Source of the DNA: Mustelus asterias
Taxonomy: Eukaryota
DNA length: 64,000 nt
Assembly: GCF_964213995.1 (NCBI RefSeq)
Contig: NC_135813.1
Span: forward strand, 93,496,001-93,560,000
Direction: 5' to 3'
The position numbers and the translations under genes were made by a program. Positions 13,574 through 26,134 of the stretch are shown here, in pieces. Position 1 is the first letter of the stretch. The number at the start of each line of letters is the position of its first letter. The notes beneath the pieces were generated by a model. The model was not told the origin of the DNA, searched no databases, and was given only the letters and a program-made list of their open reading frames with translations.

Positions 13574-15251
13574 TGAAGTAAAAGCAGATGCATTTGATTC
13601 CTAGACAGACTAAGACTTGGATATTTGAGGGTTGTTTAGCCTTTGGTCTTCAAGGCTCTCACAAGACCGTTATGGGTACCTGGGGATTACACTCAGACTC
13701 ATTGCTCCCTCGTTGCCCTCTCCAACCCCGCTATTGCACTCTGGAATCATGTTAATGCTTTTGGAACACACTACCTTAGGCAGAGTATCAAGTCCCAGCT
13801 TATTAACACAATAGAGAGTTTGACAGATACTGGAAGACGTTCACTGTCCTTATCATAACGCCGCTGGCTGGCCAGCATTTATTGCCCATCCCCAGTTGCC
13901 CGAGGGCAGTTGAGAGCCAACCACATTCTGTGGGCCTGGAGTCACATGTAGGCCAGACCAGGTAAGGGTAGCAGATTTCCTTCCCTAAAGGACATTAGTG
14001 AACAGAAATTGTAGGTGATTCCCCCATTGCTACATGTTTATCCCAGGAACCAATCTATTTTTTTTCCACTAGTGATTTGGTAAGGGGCAGGAGATTCAGA
14101 GGGGATTTGAGAAAAAAAATTCACTCAGAGGGTGGAGAGAATCTGGAATGCGCTGCCTGGGAAGGTGGTGGAGGCCGGAAACCTCACAACCTTTAAAAAG
14201 TATTTGGATGAGCACTTGGGACAAGTGCTGGAAAATGGGATTAGTGTGACTTTAGTGGTAGTTATTGTCAGTGCAGATTCGATGGGCCAAAGGGCCTGTT
14301 CTGCGTTGTACAGCTCTACGACTCACTGATTTCCACTGGAACTTTCTTGATGAGAGCAAATGTTTCTGTTAGTGTTTTTCAGCCACAGCTGGCCCACTGG
14401 CTTACAGTGACCTTTCTGGCTCCTACCTTGTCCCTTCCAATCTGTCAATAATAATCCACAGTCACCATAAAATGAGCTAACATTTCAGATGCGAGACTGG
14501 TACTAAGCTTGTGTGGCACGTGGCCAAAGTTGTCAACATTGGGCATGTTGCGGTGAGCTTTGAAATCACTAACCTCATATCTGTGGTACTAAAGATATAG
14601 ATGTGGCTGAAATATATTTGTCACATGGTGCATGGATTGGCCAGCTGTCTTTAAGGTATTTTTCTTCTATCCATATTTCTGTTCATCATTCTCTTTTTGA
14701 ACAGGAACTAGCTTTAAAAACAAGGATGACCCAGCACCCATGACCAAAAGCACATCCATACCAAATGCTGTCTAATAAACGATATGCTTCGTTATTTTAA
14801 CAGGAACTTTCATAACTCTGAATGCTGTCATTGCCCCATCTTGATAATGGGGCTCTTGCATCCTCGCCAGGAACAGAACTCATGGGCAACCCATAACTCA
14901 TTGAAGATTAGGTAGGAGACTTCTCACATGGGATTCCTGCCAAATGGGCAAGAGTTGGTAGATGCTACTTGACACTTCAACAACTGGAGTGATTTTCCTG
15001 AAAGGGTTTTTGCTTTCTTCTCCCACTTCACATCCTGCTGTAATCCCTATTGATTTTATTCGGACACAACACTCCTAATTGGAGGATCTCACCACCGTTG
15101 AGAAGTAGGAGAGAAGGTCACATTCACTTGGAAGTGGTGACACTAAATTTGTATTTAAAAATCCCTGTGATCTTTATGAGAGAGGGAGGTTTGATAAAGG
15201 AAAATTATTTCACAGTTTTGAGCTCTTGGTAAAGAAGGAGTCATTTGGAGA

Positions 15252-15605
15252 TGGTGGCACAGTGATTAGCACAGCTGCCTCACAGCGCCAGGGACCCACG
15301 TTCAATTCTGGCTTTGGGTCACTGTCTGTGCGGAGTTTGCACATTCTCTCCCGTGTCTGCGTGGGTTTCTTCCGGGTGCTCCGATTTCCTCCCACGCTCC
15401 AAAGATGTGCAGGTTAGGTGGATTGGCCATGCTAAATCGCCCCTTTGTGTCCAAAGATGTGTAGGTTAGGGGGAATTAGTCACAGTAAATGTGTGGGAAT
15501 ACAGGGACAGGGTGGGGATGTGGGCCTTTCTAAGATGCTCTTTCAGAGAGTCAGTGCAGACTCGATGGGCCAAATGGCCTTTTTCTGTACTGAAGGGATT
15601 CTATG
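15252..15605 (+). mobile_element. HE1-type V-SINE, tail A
   Basis: Same head and V-domain, tail A. Confidence 0.85.
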
Positions 15606-15961
15606 GTGATGAGTCTGAATGTTGATACAGTGAGGGTGGGAAGAGGAAGAAGTTAAGGAGGAGGAATAAGTGAAGAACATTTTCAAGGAGCAATGACTGT
15701 GATGACATTAATGAAGAAGTGAGAAATGTTATTTGTATTTAGCTGAAAGACTAAATCCCATCTGCAGAATGCAGTCAGAAATCTCAAACATAGATACTTC
15801 TCAACATGTTTACAATGTAATGGCTTTGTCCTCTATGATTTGCACATGTTTTCACAATCTGAGTAAAAATGCTTTGATAACACTAAGGAATCAACATTAG
15901 AAAATCAGAGGAATAGACTGCAGTTACGAGAGTTAAAATTGGAATTTCAGCAGCACACCCA

Positions 15962-16256
15962 GGGCGGCACGGTGGTGAGCACTGCTGCCTCACAGCGCCA
16001 GGGACCCGGGTTCAATTCCGGCGTTGGGTCACTGTCTGTCCAAAGTCTTCATGTTCTCCCTGTGTCTAGGATTCCCTCCGGGTTCTCCGGTTTCCTCTCG
16101 CAATCCGAAAGATGTGCTGATTAGGTGCATTGGCCATGCTAAATTCTCCCTCAGAGTACCCAAACAAGCACTGGAGTGTGGCGACTAAGGGATTTTCACA
16201 GTAACTTCATCGCAGTGTTAATGTAAGCCGACTTGTGGCACTAAGAAATAAGCTTT
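15962..16256 (+). mobile_element. HE1-type V-SINE, tail B
   Basis: GGGCGGCACGGTGG head, tail B. Confidence 0.85.
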
Positions 16257-17187
16257 CCTATATATTCAAGTGTTACTGAGGTCATTCAGACCCAGCTTAA
16301 GGGACCTGTAACTGCCAGAACAGCATTTTAATCTTTGATTCATGTCCAGACTCCATCTTTTTTGCCCTCAAACTGAGTTACTTGATCCATTTCAGAGGGG
16401 CAGTTAAGAGTAAACCACACCGCTGTGGGTCTGGAGTCACATGTAGGCCAGACCAGGCAAGGATGGCAGATTTCCCTCCCTAAAGGGCAATAGTGAAGTA
16501 GATGGGTTTCTATGACGATTGACAATGGTTTCATGGGATTCAAACTTGGGTCCCCAGAGCATTACCCGGTTTCTGGTTGACTAGTCCAGCAACAATACCA
16601 GTACAGTGTCCTGTCCTGTGACTAGCCCAGGATGACCCATCCCCGTGATGTTCCCTAAACATCTAATCTCTTCTCGGTAGCACTGCGATCATTATCAGTA
16701 ACTTGGTGAAATGTTAGGAGGAAGTGAGGGCGAGGCATGAGGTGGTTGGAAGGAGGAGATCAGACCATTGTTCCAATACTAGTGGCACAATTCATTGGTT
16801 CTCTGACTCATTTACTTGTTTTGTGGCCTCCTGCTGGGACGCTGCCAAGTGGGCGTCTGTCCACACAATCCTGCCTTCTCAATCCTGTAACGGTTAATTC
16901 GGCTGCCTTATAACTGTCAGACTCAGTAACTCCTGGTTCGCTTGAGGCTTTAGGTTACAGATTTACACAGCCTTGTCCTGTTACAGAGCAGAGGGTTTCG
17001 ATCACCATGTGATTGGCAAATTCAGAAGAACTATTGATGTCAAGTACTGAAGACGATTATGAAGGGAAAAAATAACTTTTTATTCACTATTGATAACATA
17101 AATGGAACAGTCACGTGACGGAGTAACTGGGGGCAGTTATACCTTGGAACAATGCAAGGTTTTTTTTGACTGGCGTCTCTTTAAAGA

Positions 17188-17501
17188 GGGGCGGCACAGT
17201 GGGTTAGCACTACTGCCTCACAGCGCCAGGGATCCGGGTTCGATTCTCAGCTTGGGTCACTGTCTGCGTGGAGTTTGCACGTACTCCCCGTGTCTGCGTG
17301 GGTTTCCTCCGGGTGCTCCGGTTTTCTCCCACATTCCAAAGACGTGCGGGTTAGGTGGATTGGCCGTGCTAAATTGATCCTGAGTGTCAGGGGGATTAGC
17401 TCGGGTAAATGCATGGGATTATGGGGGTAGGGCCTGGGTGGGATTGTGGTCAGTGCAGACTCGATGGGCCGAATGGCCCCCTTCTGCACTGTATGATTCT
17501 A
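17188..17501 (+). mobile_element. HE1-type V-SINE, tail A
   Basis: Full-length, well-preserved copy. Confidence 0.88.
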
Positions 17502-18094
17502 GGTTATGTGGCGTGACAGGGTGCAGACTGATCTTGTTGTTGAATTGATCCTCCCCACACTTAAATAGCTTTGACAAAGGGTCATCTGGACTCGAAACGT
17601 CGGCTCTTTTCTCTCCTTACAGATGCTGCCAGACCTGCTGAGATTTTCCAGCGTTTTCTCTTTTGGTTAAATCATCAGCAACTTGTCGGGAAGGTTAAGG
17701 GTTTGGAATTGTGAGTGAGCCATGCAGTGTGGGAGAGATGCTTGTTCCTGGATGCGCGCGTGGGGTGCGGGGGGGGGTTTATTTACAGCGGGAGGTGTGT
17801 GCGGTCAGCTCTGACCTCACCGCCCACACAGCCTAACATTTCGGTTGGTGGTGTGGGGTGCTGAGATGGACGGGGAGGGGAGAGGGGAGAGTGTGTGGTA
17901 GGGTTGGGGGATCGGGAGGGGAGGGGGGGGGTGGTGGTGGAGAGTAGGCTGTGTGGGTGGGTGGATATGAGTTGAATTGTACGGGCGGATTGGCAGGGCC
18001 TGAGATGGCAGATGGCATTCTGTGTCTGTTAAGTGCCGGCTGTCATTCCCCCACCACCCCCCTCCCCCCCACCACCCCCCCTGCAACCTTCAGA

Positions 18095-18520
18095 TTAATG
18101 TAAAGTTTAAAAAACACAATTAAGGGGATAGTGAAGGACACAATAGGCCCACGTGCCTCTCTGATGAAGCAGCCGTCTCAGGGGACAATAGGGCCATCAG
18201 CCTGCCATACAAGAGCCAACTGTTAGCCACGGCACAGACCCGCCTGGCTCGCAAATCATTTCTCATTCTCTCTCTCTTGTTTTCTTATGATTTTAACCAA
18301 CCACAACGCTGAATAATGGTCATCTGACGGCTTTCCATCCACCGTATCTCCCCCCCCCCCCCCCCCCCCCCACCCCTGCCACCCGCCCTCTCGACTTCCT
18401 TTTGCACTGCATGGCTTAAAACTAACTGCCTGATTTCTGTCACCATGGCAACCCTAATTTTATTGTTCTTTTAAGTAGTAGGTGCATTATTAATCAGCGG
18501 GTGGCTGTAATTGGCTTTCT
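18095..18520. promoter_or_regulatory. Candidate FOXN4 cis-regulatory module
   Basis: TE-free block with ACAATAG at 18140 and 18185, E-boxes at 18150, 18217 and 18321, X-box GTCACCATGGCAAC at 18439-18452, and several TAAT cores. Motif evidence only. Confidence 0.4.
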
Positions 18521-19021
18521 TTTGAATATTCAAACTGCTTCTTTTTTTTTCTTCTTCTGGACTTTTAAAGAGGCAGTTTATGCTCTTCACGTTCATTCTC
18601 CCCCCTGCACCTCCCCCGCCTCCTCCCCCCTCCCCCCCCCCCCCCCCACTCCCTCTCTCCTGCACTGGTCACTCGTCCACTCCCCTCTCCCTCCCCAGCT
18701 TTAATAAAGAGTCTGAGGCGCCCCCTCACCACCTCCCCGGTTGTCATGTCAGGCTGCAGAACCCATTATGTGGGGACTTTCTCAGTCTGCAGAGCAGCGA
18801 CAGTCAGGATGAAGCACAGGAAACTTTTGTTTCTGATATTTCTAGTGGTGAAGTCATAATTACAGGATCACTGAATCCTACAGTGCAGAAGGAGGCCATT
18901 CGGCCCTTCGAGTCTGCACCGACTCTTGACAAAGCATCTTATCCAGGCCCACCACCTCCCCAATTCCATCTCTGTAACCCCACATGTTAACCCCACTAAT
19001 CCCCCTACACATCTGGGAACG

Positions 19022-19224
19022 TGATGTGGAGTTGCCGCCGTTGGACTGGGGTAAGCACAGTAAGTAGTCTCACAACAGCAGGTTAAAATCCAACCGGTTT
19101 AGCTGGTAACACGAGTTTTCGGAGCGCAGCTCCTTCATCAGGACTCACCTGATGAAGGAGCAGCGCTCCGAAAGCTCGTGCTACCAACTAAACCTGTTGG
19201 ACTTTAACCTGGTGTTGTGAGACT
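19022..19224. mobile_element. Palindromic PLE-type mini-element with hammerhead-like motifs, inserted in a SINE
   Basis: Inverted arms around TCAGG-ACTCA-CCTGA. Flanked by ACATCTGGGAACG and ACATCTGGGGACG (target-site duplication). Confidence 0.75.
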
Positions 19225-20573
19225 ACATCTGGGGACGCTAAGAGGCAATAATTTAGCATGGCCAATCCACCTAACCCGCACACCTTTTGGACTGTGGGAG
19301 GAAACCAGAGCACCCGGAGGAAACCCAAGCAGACAGTGACCCAAGCCGGGAATCGAACCCGGGTCCCTGGAGCTGTGAGGCAACAGTGCTAATCACTGTG
19401 CCACCCATTTTGAAATATACTCTTGAAATGCTTGTGATGCCATTTGTATGCACTGGTGGGATGGGGGGGGGATGTTCCACACTGACTACACCAGGTATTA
19501 CTATGATGGTGGTCCCAGTAAGCAACAACAACTTGCTTTTATATAGCACCTTTACTACTGGTGTGATTATTTTGATATTTGGGTCACTTGAGGAGATGGA
19601 TCAGGACAAGTGACTGAAAGCTCAGCTGGAAATGTAGGCTCTTGAGGAATGTCTCAAGGAGGGGAGAGAGAGAGAGAGATGGAGAGGTTAAGGGAGGAAA
19701 TTCCACAGCTTTGGGGCTTAGCAGCCGAAGGCATGGCTGCCAATGGTGGAGCTATTACAAACCGGGCAGCTTAGTAAAGATTAGGGCTCCTGTGTGCCAA
19801 AGAACAGCCACGGAAAGCAAAGCAGCATTAGAATGTAGCAGGCTCTTTCTCCTGAGTCTCTCGCGAGAAGACGAGGAGTGATTTACATTAAAGAACGTGT
19901 GCAGTTGTGTTAACGGGGCACAATAGTTAGCACTGCTGCCTCACAGCACCAGGGACCCAGGCTCGATTCCCGGCTTGGGTCACTGCGTGTGGAGTTTGCA
20001 CGTTCTCCCCATGTCTGCGTGGGTTTCTCCCGGGTCCTCCGGTTTCCTCCCACAGTCCAAAGATGTGAGGATTAGGTGGATTGGCAGTGCTAAATTGCCC
20101 CTTAGTGTCAGGGGGACTAGCTAGGGTAAATGCATGGGGTCATGGGAAAAGGGACTGGGTGGGATTGTGGTTGCGATTTTGGGCTCACGGTCGAATTTCA
20201 GGTGCTCTGTTGGGGGAACAGAACGGGCAGCACCGGTGACGTTCCCCCATGGAGAATGGGAATGTTGTTTCGGTAATCCCCCCCCCCCCCCGCCAACACC
20301 ATCCAGGTAAAACTGGTGAATGCACAAATTAGGGTGAGAAGTAATTATTACTTCAGCTTTCGAGAAATTGATCCAAAATTGTGGTGTAGGTAAATGAAGA
20401 TTTTTAATTTGGGGCAGGGAGCATGTTAAGGGGCCACAAAAAAAAAGATACGCGGTGAAGTTTGATATCATTTGGACATAAAACAGCAAAAATCAACAGC
20501 CAAGAGAATCAAAATGCACCTTTTACTTCACTTGATATCAATGTCAGGCTGTTCTTCCCACTCTTCATCTTCT

Positions 20574-21057
20574 TTGATTTGATTTATTCTTGTCACATGT
20601 ATTAGGACACAGTGAAAAGTATTGTTTCTTAGATGCTATTCAGACAAAGTATACCGTCCAGAGAGTACATCGGGGAGAAGGAAAGGAGAGGGTGCAGAAT
20701 ATAATGTTATAGTCATAGCTAGGGTGTAGAGAAAGATCAGCTTGAAAGGAGGTAGGTCCATTCAAAAGTCTGATGGCAGCAGGGAAGAAGCTGTTCTTGA
20801 GTTGGTTGATACGTGTCCTCAGATTTTTGTATCTTTTTCCCGATGGAAGAAGGCGGAAGAAAGTATGTCCGGTGTGCATGGGGTCCTTAATTATGCTGGC
20901 TGCTTTGCCAAGGCAGCAGGAAGTGTAGACAGAGTCAATGGATGGGAGGTTGGTTTGCTTGATGGATTGGGCTACATCACAACCCTTTGTAGTTTCTTGC
21001 GGTCTTGGTCAGAGCAGGAGCCATACCAAGCTGTGATACATCCTGAAAGGATGCTTC
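20574..21057 (-). mobile_element. Rex1/Babar LINE 3' fragment
   Basis: HTGHTFFRLLPSGKRYKNLRTRINQLKNSFFPAAIRLLN is a typical Rex-Babar ORF end, followed by an (ATCAA)n tail. Related + strand copies at ~31257-31488 and ~44436-44696. Confidence 0.8.
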
Positions 21058-21614
21058 CTCTCCCCAAGGAAATCTATAAGCTTGGGGATCGGTGGGCAGT
21101 GACCCACCTGCACCATCTCCAATTTTGAGGGCATGCTACCCTCTGGCAACTCTGTATCTCTTAGCGGTAAAACCCGAACAGAAGTATCACCAGGTGATGC
21201 CTTCTGGAGTTATTTTCACTCTTATCCTTGGGAAACTCGCGGCGTCCACTTGGTGTCTCATGGCTGTCACGCTTCCTGGATGGGCAATTTGCCAGGCGGG
21301 CTGTGGGAGGGGGATGGGGGGTCATCGCCCGGTGTTCTGCTGCTGCCCGTGTGGCATCACCAAACTTAACCGTAATCCATGTGCTGCCGTAGTATCCCAC
21401 GTATCGCCGCGAGTGACTTTTTTTTTGTGTGGTGCTCCATGTGCGAGGGACCAGCCTCGGAGCACGACGGTGCAGAGGTCAGAAGAGGGATGGTAAATGT
21501 GCTTGGGTGGGGTCCGAAGGCACCATTAAAGAGGGGGGAGGTCTTCCAAAGGGTTTTTCAAAAGTAATGAGGGAAGTGACAAGTCCGAGGGAGTTGCGCA
21601 GTGTTCCTTAGAGC

Positions 21615-21698
21615 CATGATGAACTCACCTGATGAAGGAGCAGCACTCCAAAAGCTCGTGATACCAAATAAACCTGGTGTTGTGAGACTTCTTACTGT
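21615..21698 (+). mobile_element. Internally deleted copy of the PLE-type mini-element
   Basis: CATGATG...TCACCTGATGAAGGAGCAGCACTCCAAAAGCTCGTGA. A further - strand fragment lies at ~1783-1862. Confidence 0.65.
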
Positions 21699-21976
21699 TC
21701 CACACAGCAGCCACTAATAGTGGAGTGGGAGCCAGCCGATGAAAAGGGAGGAAGGCCTTCTCCAAACTGTGGGTTATATTAAACCATTTGGCAGTAGACC
21801 AGTCTCTAAGGATGAGCGACCTGTGTTTTAACATATCGGACTGTTTCGATGTGAAGTGATAATTGATAGTCCCACGGGAGCACCGGCAGAATAAACAGCC
21901 TTTGTTGGGTTTGATGCAACACATTGGCACACAGCAGCTTGTCTCCTTACTAAACATCATATCTCTCTGCTTCCAG

Positions 21977-22149
21977 ACCAAGCCTTTTGACCCCCGACCC
22001 TTCCCAGCTGAGCGAGGATGACCTCCCAAGTGACCTGCAGTCCTTGTCTTGGCTGACATCTGTCGATGTGCCCCGGTTACAACAGATGGCGACAGGTCGG
22101 ATGGACTTTAACCTGAGTGCCCAGAATCCAACGCTGACAACACAGACAG
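21977..22149 (+). CDS. FOXN4: FOXN4 coding exon (first one found in the window)
   Basis: ttccag acceptor and g|gtaaca donor. Encodes [43 protein letters not shown], the conserved FOXN4 N-terminal DLQSLSWLT motif. A same-phase alternative acceptor at 21983 is possible. Confidence 0.93.
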
Positions 22150-22174
22150 GTAACATCCAAGCAGCAGCCTCACT

Positions 22175-22700
22175 GGCAACATGCATTTGTATAGCGCCTA
22201 TTATATAATGAAACATGCCAAGGTGTTCACAGTATAGAACCAAAATATGACACCCGAGCAGGTATTATCAGGTGACCAAGAGCTTGGTCAAAGAGATGTG
22301 TGAAGGGGTGTCTTAAAGGAGGAAAGCGAGGGAGAGAGGTGGACGGAGTGAATTCCAGAGCTTGGGGCCCAGACAACTGAAGGCTCGGCCACCAACGGTG
22401 GAGTGACTCTAATTGGGAATGCACACGTCATTTAAAAGAGTGCAGAGATCTTGGAGGGTTGGAGGAGATTACAGGGATAGAGAGGGGCAAGGCCATAGAG
22501 AGATTTGACAACACGGATGAGAAATTTTAAATCAACAAAGCAGAGGTGATGGTGAAATGGGACTTGCCATGAGTTAAAGACAGGCAGCAGCGTTCTGGAT
22601 GACCTCAGGTACCTGGAGGGCAGAATGAGGGAGACAAGCCAGGAGAGCATTAGAACAAGTCCAGAGGTTACAGAGGTGTGAATGAGGGTTTCAGTCGGTA
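22175..22700 (-). mobile_element. L2-type LINE 3' fragment
   Basis: Degenerate ETLIHTSVTSGL (L2-like ETLIHAFVTSRL) and a GGCGCTATACAAATGCATGTTG-type terminus. A shorter relative lies at ~19520-19760. Confidence 0.65.
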
Positions 22701-24038
22701 GACATTTTGATACGTAACAAAAATGTTTGTTTGTGGTGGGGATGGATTCCAATGCTTTCACTATAGCCTTAATATAATTAGAGAGGGGAAAGTATCATTA
22801 ATCTTCCTCCAAGTTTCCTCCAGGTTTCCTCCCACACTCCAAAGATGTTTGAAAGTTTTTAAAGTTTATTTATTTAGGCTTACATTCACACTGCAATGAA
22901 GTTACTGTGAAGATATGTAGGTTAGGTGGATTGGCCATGGTAAATGCACTGGGTTATGGGGATAGGGCGGGGCGTGGGCCTGGTTAAGATGGTCTTTCGG
23001 AGAGTCAGATCAGACCCAATGAGCCTCCCTCTACACTGCAACAATTCTATGGATGTTATCTGGAATTTCCCCATAAGCAATTGGCTTGAGAATCCCAAGT
23101 TTTGCTAAAAGTGGAGGAAATGGGTTCGCGTGCCCTCTCTCTATTGCTATCCTGTGGCTGGGTTCGGGTGGATTGGGTAGAGGGAGGCTGTGCAATTCCC
23201 TCCAACAACTTGAATATCAGCAAGTGTCTTCAGTTTTTCAACATGTTGACAGATTTCCAGTCAGTCACTCCATCTCCACTGAATCTATAATCCCTCTCCT
23301 CTTTCCCACTGCTCCGTAAGCTTTTCCTTGGGCCTCTGGAGTGACCACTGAATGTTTCCAGGCGTCTCTTGAGCCGTTGCCACCTTCTGGCCTCTTGGAG
23401 GGGGTAAGGGAGTAGCGTTGGATTTGTGTCACGTGTCTGCTGAAGGAACGAGCCAAAAGCTGGGCATGTCTCCTCATCGATACAGCTAAGAGTAGGAGGA
23501 TTTGTCCCATTGCTGACATTGTTCAATCCGTTACCTTCATTGAGGTGATACAAAGTTCACAAACTCTTCCTGCCATCAATTCCACTTGTACCAGTGTGCT
23601 CCCTCTCCCTTTCCTCTCCATGGTCTACACAAACTCTGTGATATGATTCCAATGCCGTATGGTTCCTATTGGGTGGGTTGTTTTGGAAAAACCACTGTCC
23701 AAAAGCCAAGTGGGAAGCAGAGGGAAATTAAGCCAGTGGGAATCACCTTTTTGTCAAAGTTACCCATTGCATAGTGAGATACTGGAGACCATTACACAGA
23801 ATTGGCAGTAGGCTTCCTACCAGTCATTCAAGGTGCAAAACAGGAGGGATTTGGGTTGAAAGTGCCAGAAGCCAACCAAAGGTCAGGAGAAGAATGTTCA
23901 GTAAAGTTTTCAAACTGGCCAAGATTCAGGGCTAATGGAAGCGAATGTTTCGTGGCCTGTTCTTGTTGTTTCACTCGTTCCAATTTCAGCTTCCTGAGAA
24001 ATCTCCTAATGCTTAACGTCTCCCATCGATTCCCTCAG

Positions 24039-24166
24039 GTCTGGTCCTCCATGATATGTCTAACAACATGACTCCAACTTCAGCACAAGGGGCCATGATC
24101 CAAGTACAGGCAACCATGCAGCACGGCATTATGGGAATGAACACCATGACAGCCCACGGGCAAAAC
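24039..24166 (+). CDS. FOXN4: FOXN4 coding exon
   Basis: ccctcag acceptor, aac|gtaagc donor, phase 1 to 0. Encodes (G)LVLHDMSNNMTPTSAQGAMIQVQATMQHGIMGMNTMTAHGQN and fits the frame of both neighbours. Confidence 0.85.
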
Positions 24167-24616
24167 GTAAGCTTACTCAGTTTGTTCTTATTGAAACAGC
24201 CATGCGGACCAATTACCAAATGATACTATGATTCATTTTGTACCCCATCCCCCCAAAGTGTGGCCAGACAAATACGAGTCTAGGTGTAAGTTTGACTTTG
24301 ATCTCGTACTGAGCGGGAGATCTAGACATAGATGAAGGTACGCAGCACAACCATGGTGTAAAGAATTTTTACAACCAAAGAAAGTTTTAGCAACATTTTT
24401 TGCAAATACTGTTGGCTGTACCAATGTGCCCCTTCTCCCTTTCCTCTCCATGGTCTACTGAATTCTATGGTATGATTCCAATGCCATATGGTCCTTGATA
24501 TTGGGTGGGCTGTTTTGGAAAAACCACTGTCCAAACCACCACGTGGGAAGCAGAGAGATATTTTGCCAGTGGGAGTCACCAGTAGGCTATTTTCTTTTGA
24601 TATTTTAATGCACTCA

Positions 24617-24928
24617 GGGTGACACAGTGGTTAGCACTGCTGCCTCACAGCGCCAGGGACCCCTGGATTCGATTCCCGGCCTCCAGTCACTGCCTGTGTG
24701 GAGTCTGCATGTTCTCCCCATGTCTGTGTGGATTTCCTCCGGGTGCTCCGGTTTCCTCCCACAGTGCAACGATGTGCAGGTTAGGTTGATTGGCTATGCT
24801 AAATTGCCCCTTAATGTTGGAAGGAGGGTTAGCAGGGTGAATACGCGGGGTTACGAGGATATAGCCTGGGTGGGACTGTTGTCGGGGCAGGCTCGATGGG
24901 TCGAATGGCTGTAGGGATTCTATGATTC
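24617..24928 (+). mobile_element. HE1-type V-SINE, tail A
   Basis: Same head and V-domain. Confidence 0.82.
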
Positions 24929-25630
24929 AATTGTCCATCTTCTTGGAGGACACTGGAATCCCCTTCCTCGCTTCAGAAACACACCTATTTGCCTATCTGA
25001 ATGCAACTATACTGTCCACCTGTACCCAGATCACAAACTATGTACCACTGCTGGATTGACACTACATCACCTGACTTAATCTTAAGCACTAACTTTAACT
25101 TGTGTCCAATTTTAAACCTTTGGAAACACTGGGACATTTTTCTTTTTGGATTTCCGCCGAGCAGAATCCACCGACAACGTGCAAAGTTGTGATTTTTAAA
25201 CATCTAAGTGAGTGAGTGCAAGGGGCTGATTGGAGATTGTCACATGATCTCTACTGTCTTCAGTCTGCCTATTCAAGATGGGTTTTACTTCTCACCATCT
25301 GTACCTTTACAACCAATAAACACATGTTTGAAGAAAGTGCAAAAGTGGCGTGATTGTTCGGTTAAATGTGATTCTCTTTTCAGCTGAAAGTCAGAATTAA
25401 AATAAATAAACTATCGGAGAAAGAGGGAAGCCTCGAATCGATTTTCGATTCCATCCTAATTCTTGTGTTCTGGACGAAATGAGTGTGGTTTTGGGAACCG
25501 CGTTATCAAGGTTGCGATGCAACGGAATTGATTTGCATGACTAAAGAAATGGCCAAGACTTTCATAAATGCTTAAAATATTGGAAACGAACTCCATTAAC
25601 GAGAATTTCTTCTTTCCCGTCTCCGGTTAG

Positions 25631-25735
25631 ATTTCCCAGTATTCCGTGGCAGGGCAGCACCCCTCCGGGTTTCAGACACAGCAGTCCCTTTACCAAGCTC
25701 AGCAGCTGTACAGCCTCTCACAACCTGGCCAACAG
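25631..25735 (+). CDS. FOXN4: FOXN4 coding exon
   Basis: ttag acceptor, cag|gtactg donor, 105 nt, phase 0-0. ISQYSVAGQHPSGFQTQQSLYQAQQLYSLSQPGQQ resembles human FOXN4 MSQFPVGGQPSSGLQ...GAQQ. Confidence 0.9.
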
Positions 25736-26134
25736 GTACTGTATTCTTGTTCCTTGTTGTGCCTCAAAGTGGCATCGAACCCTCAGGAGGAATTGGCTAA
25801 TTTTACTTTGGGCCTAGTGATCACCCCTGCACGTTGCCTTGAGGACAGACAGCATTGCGTTATTCAAATATCAAGCGGATAAATTAAATGGGCGACGGGG
25901 AATGCGATTGTTACAGTTGAGCTTCTTTCCAACACTTCTTGCTCATATGAACTGAAACACGATCACTGAAATTTGTAAGAGAGTGATGCGGAATGTCCTC
26001 TAAATGAGTTGCACCCCAATTGCACCCTCCAGTGGCCTCGAGGAGGAGTTGCATGTGTGTTTGCTGGGTCTGCCTATTTGTGTGCAGGCATTGTGTATGC
26101 AAGCCACTAAACTGTGCCATTCATTTCATTTTAA

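Noticed and set aside
14690-14780. Acceptor-like site, short frame GTSFKNKDDPAPMTKSTSIPNAV* and AATAAA
   Set aside because: No recognisable homology and no partner exons, so it cannot be supported as a terminal exon.
18580-18990. Proline-rich 136-aa ORF as the FOXN4 first exon
   Set aside because: It derives from poly-C tracts, runs into a SINE, and has no similarity to FOXN4 N-termini.
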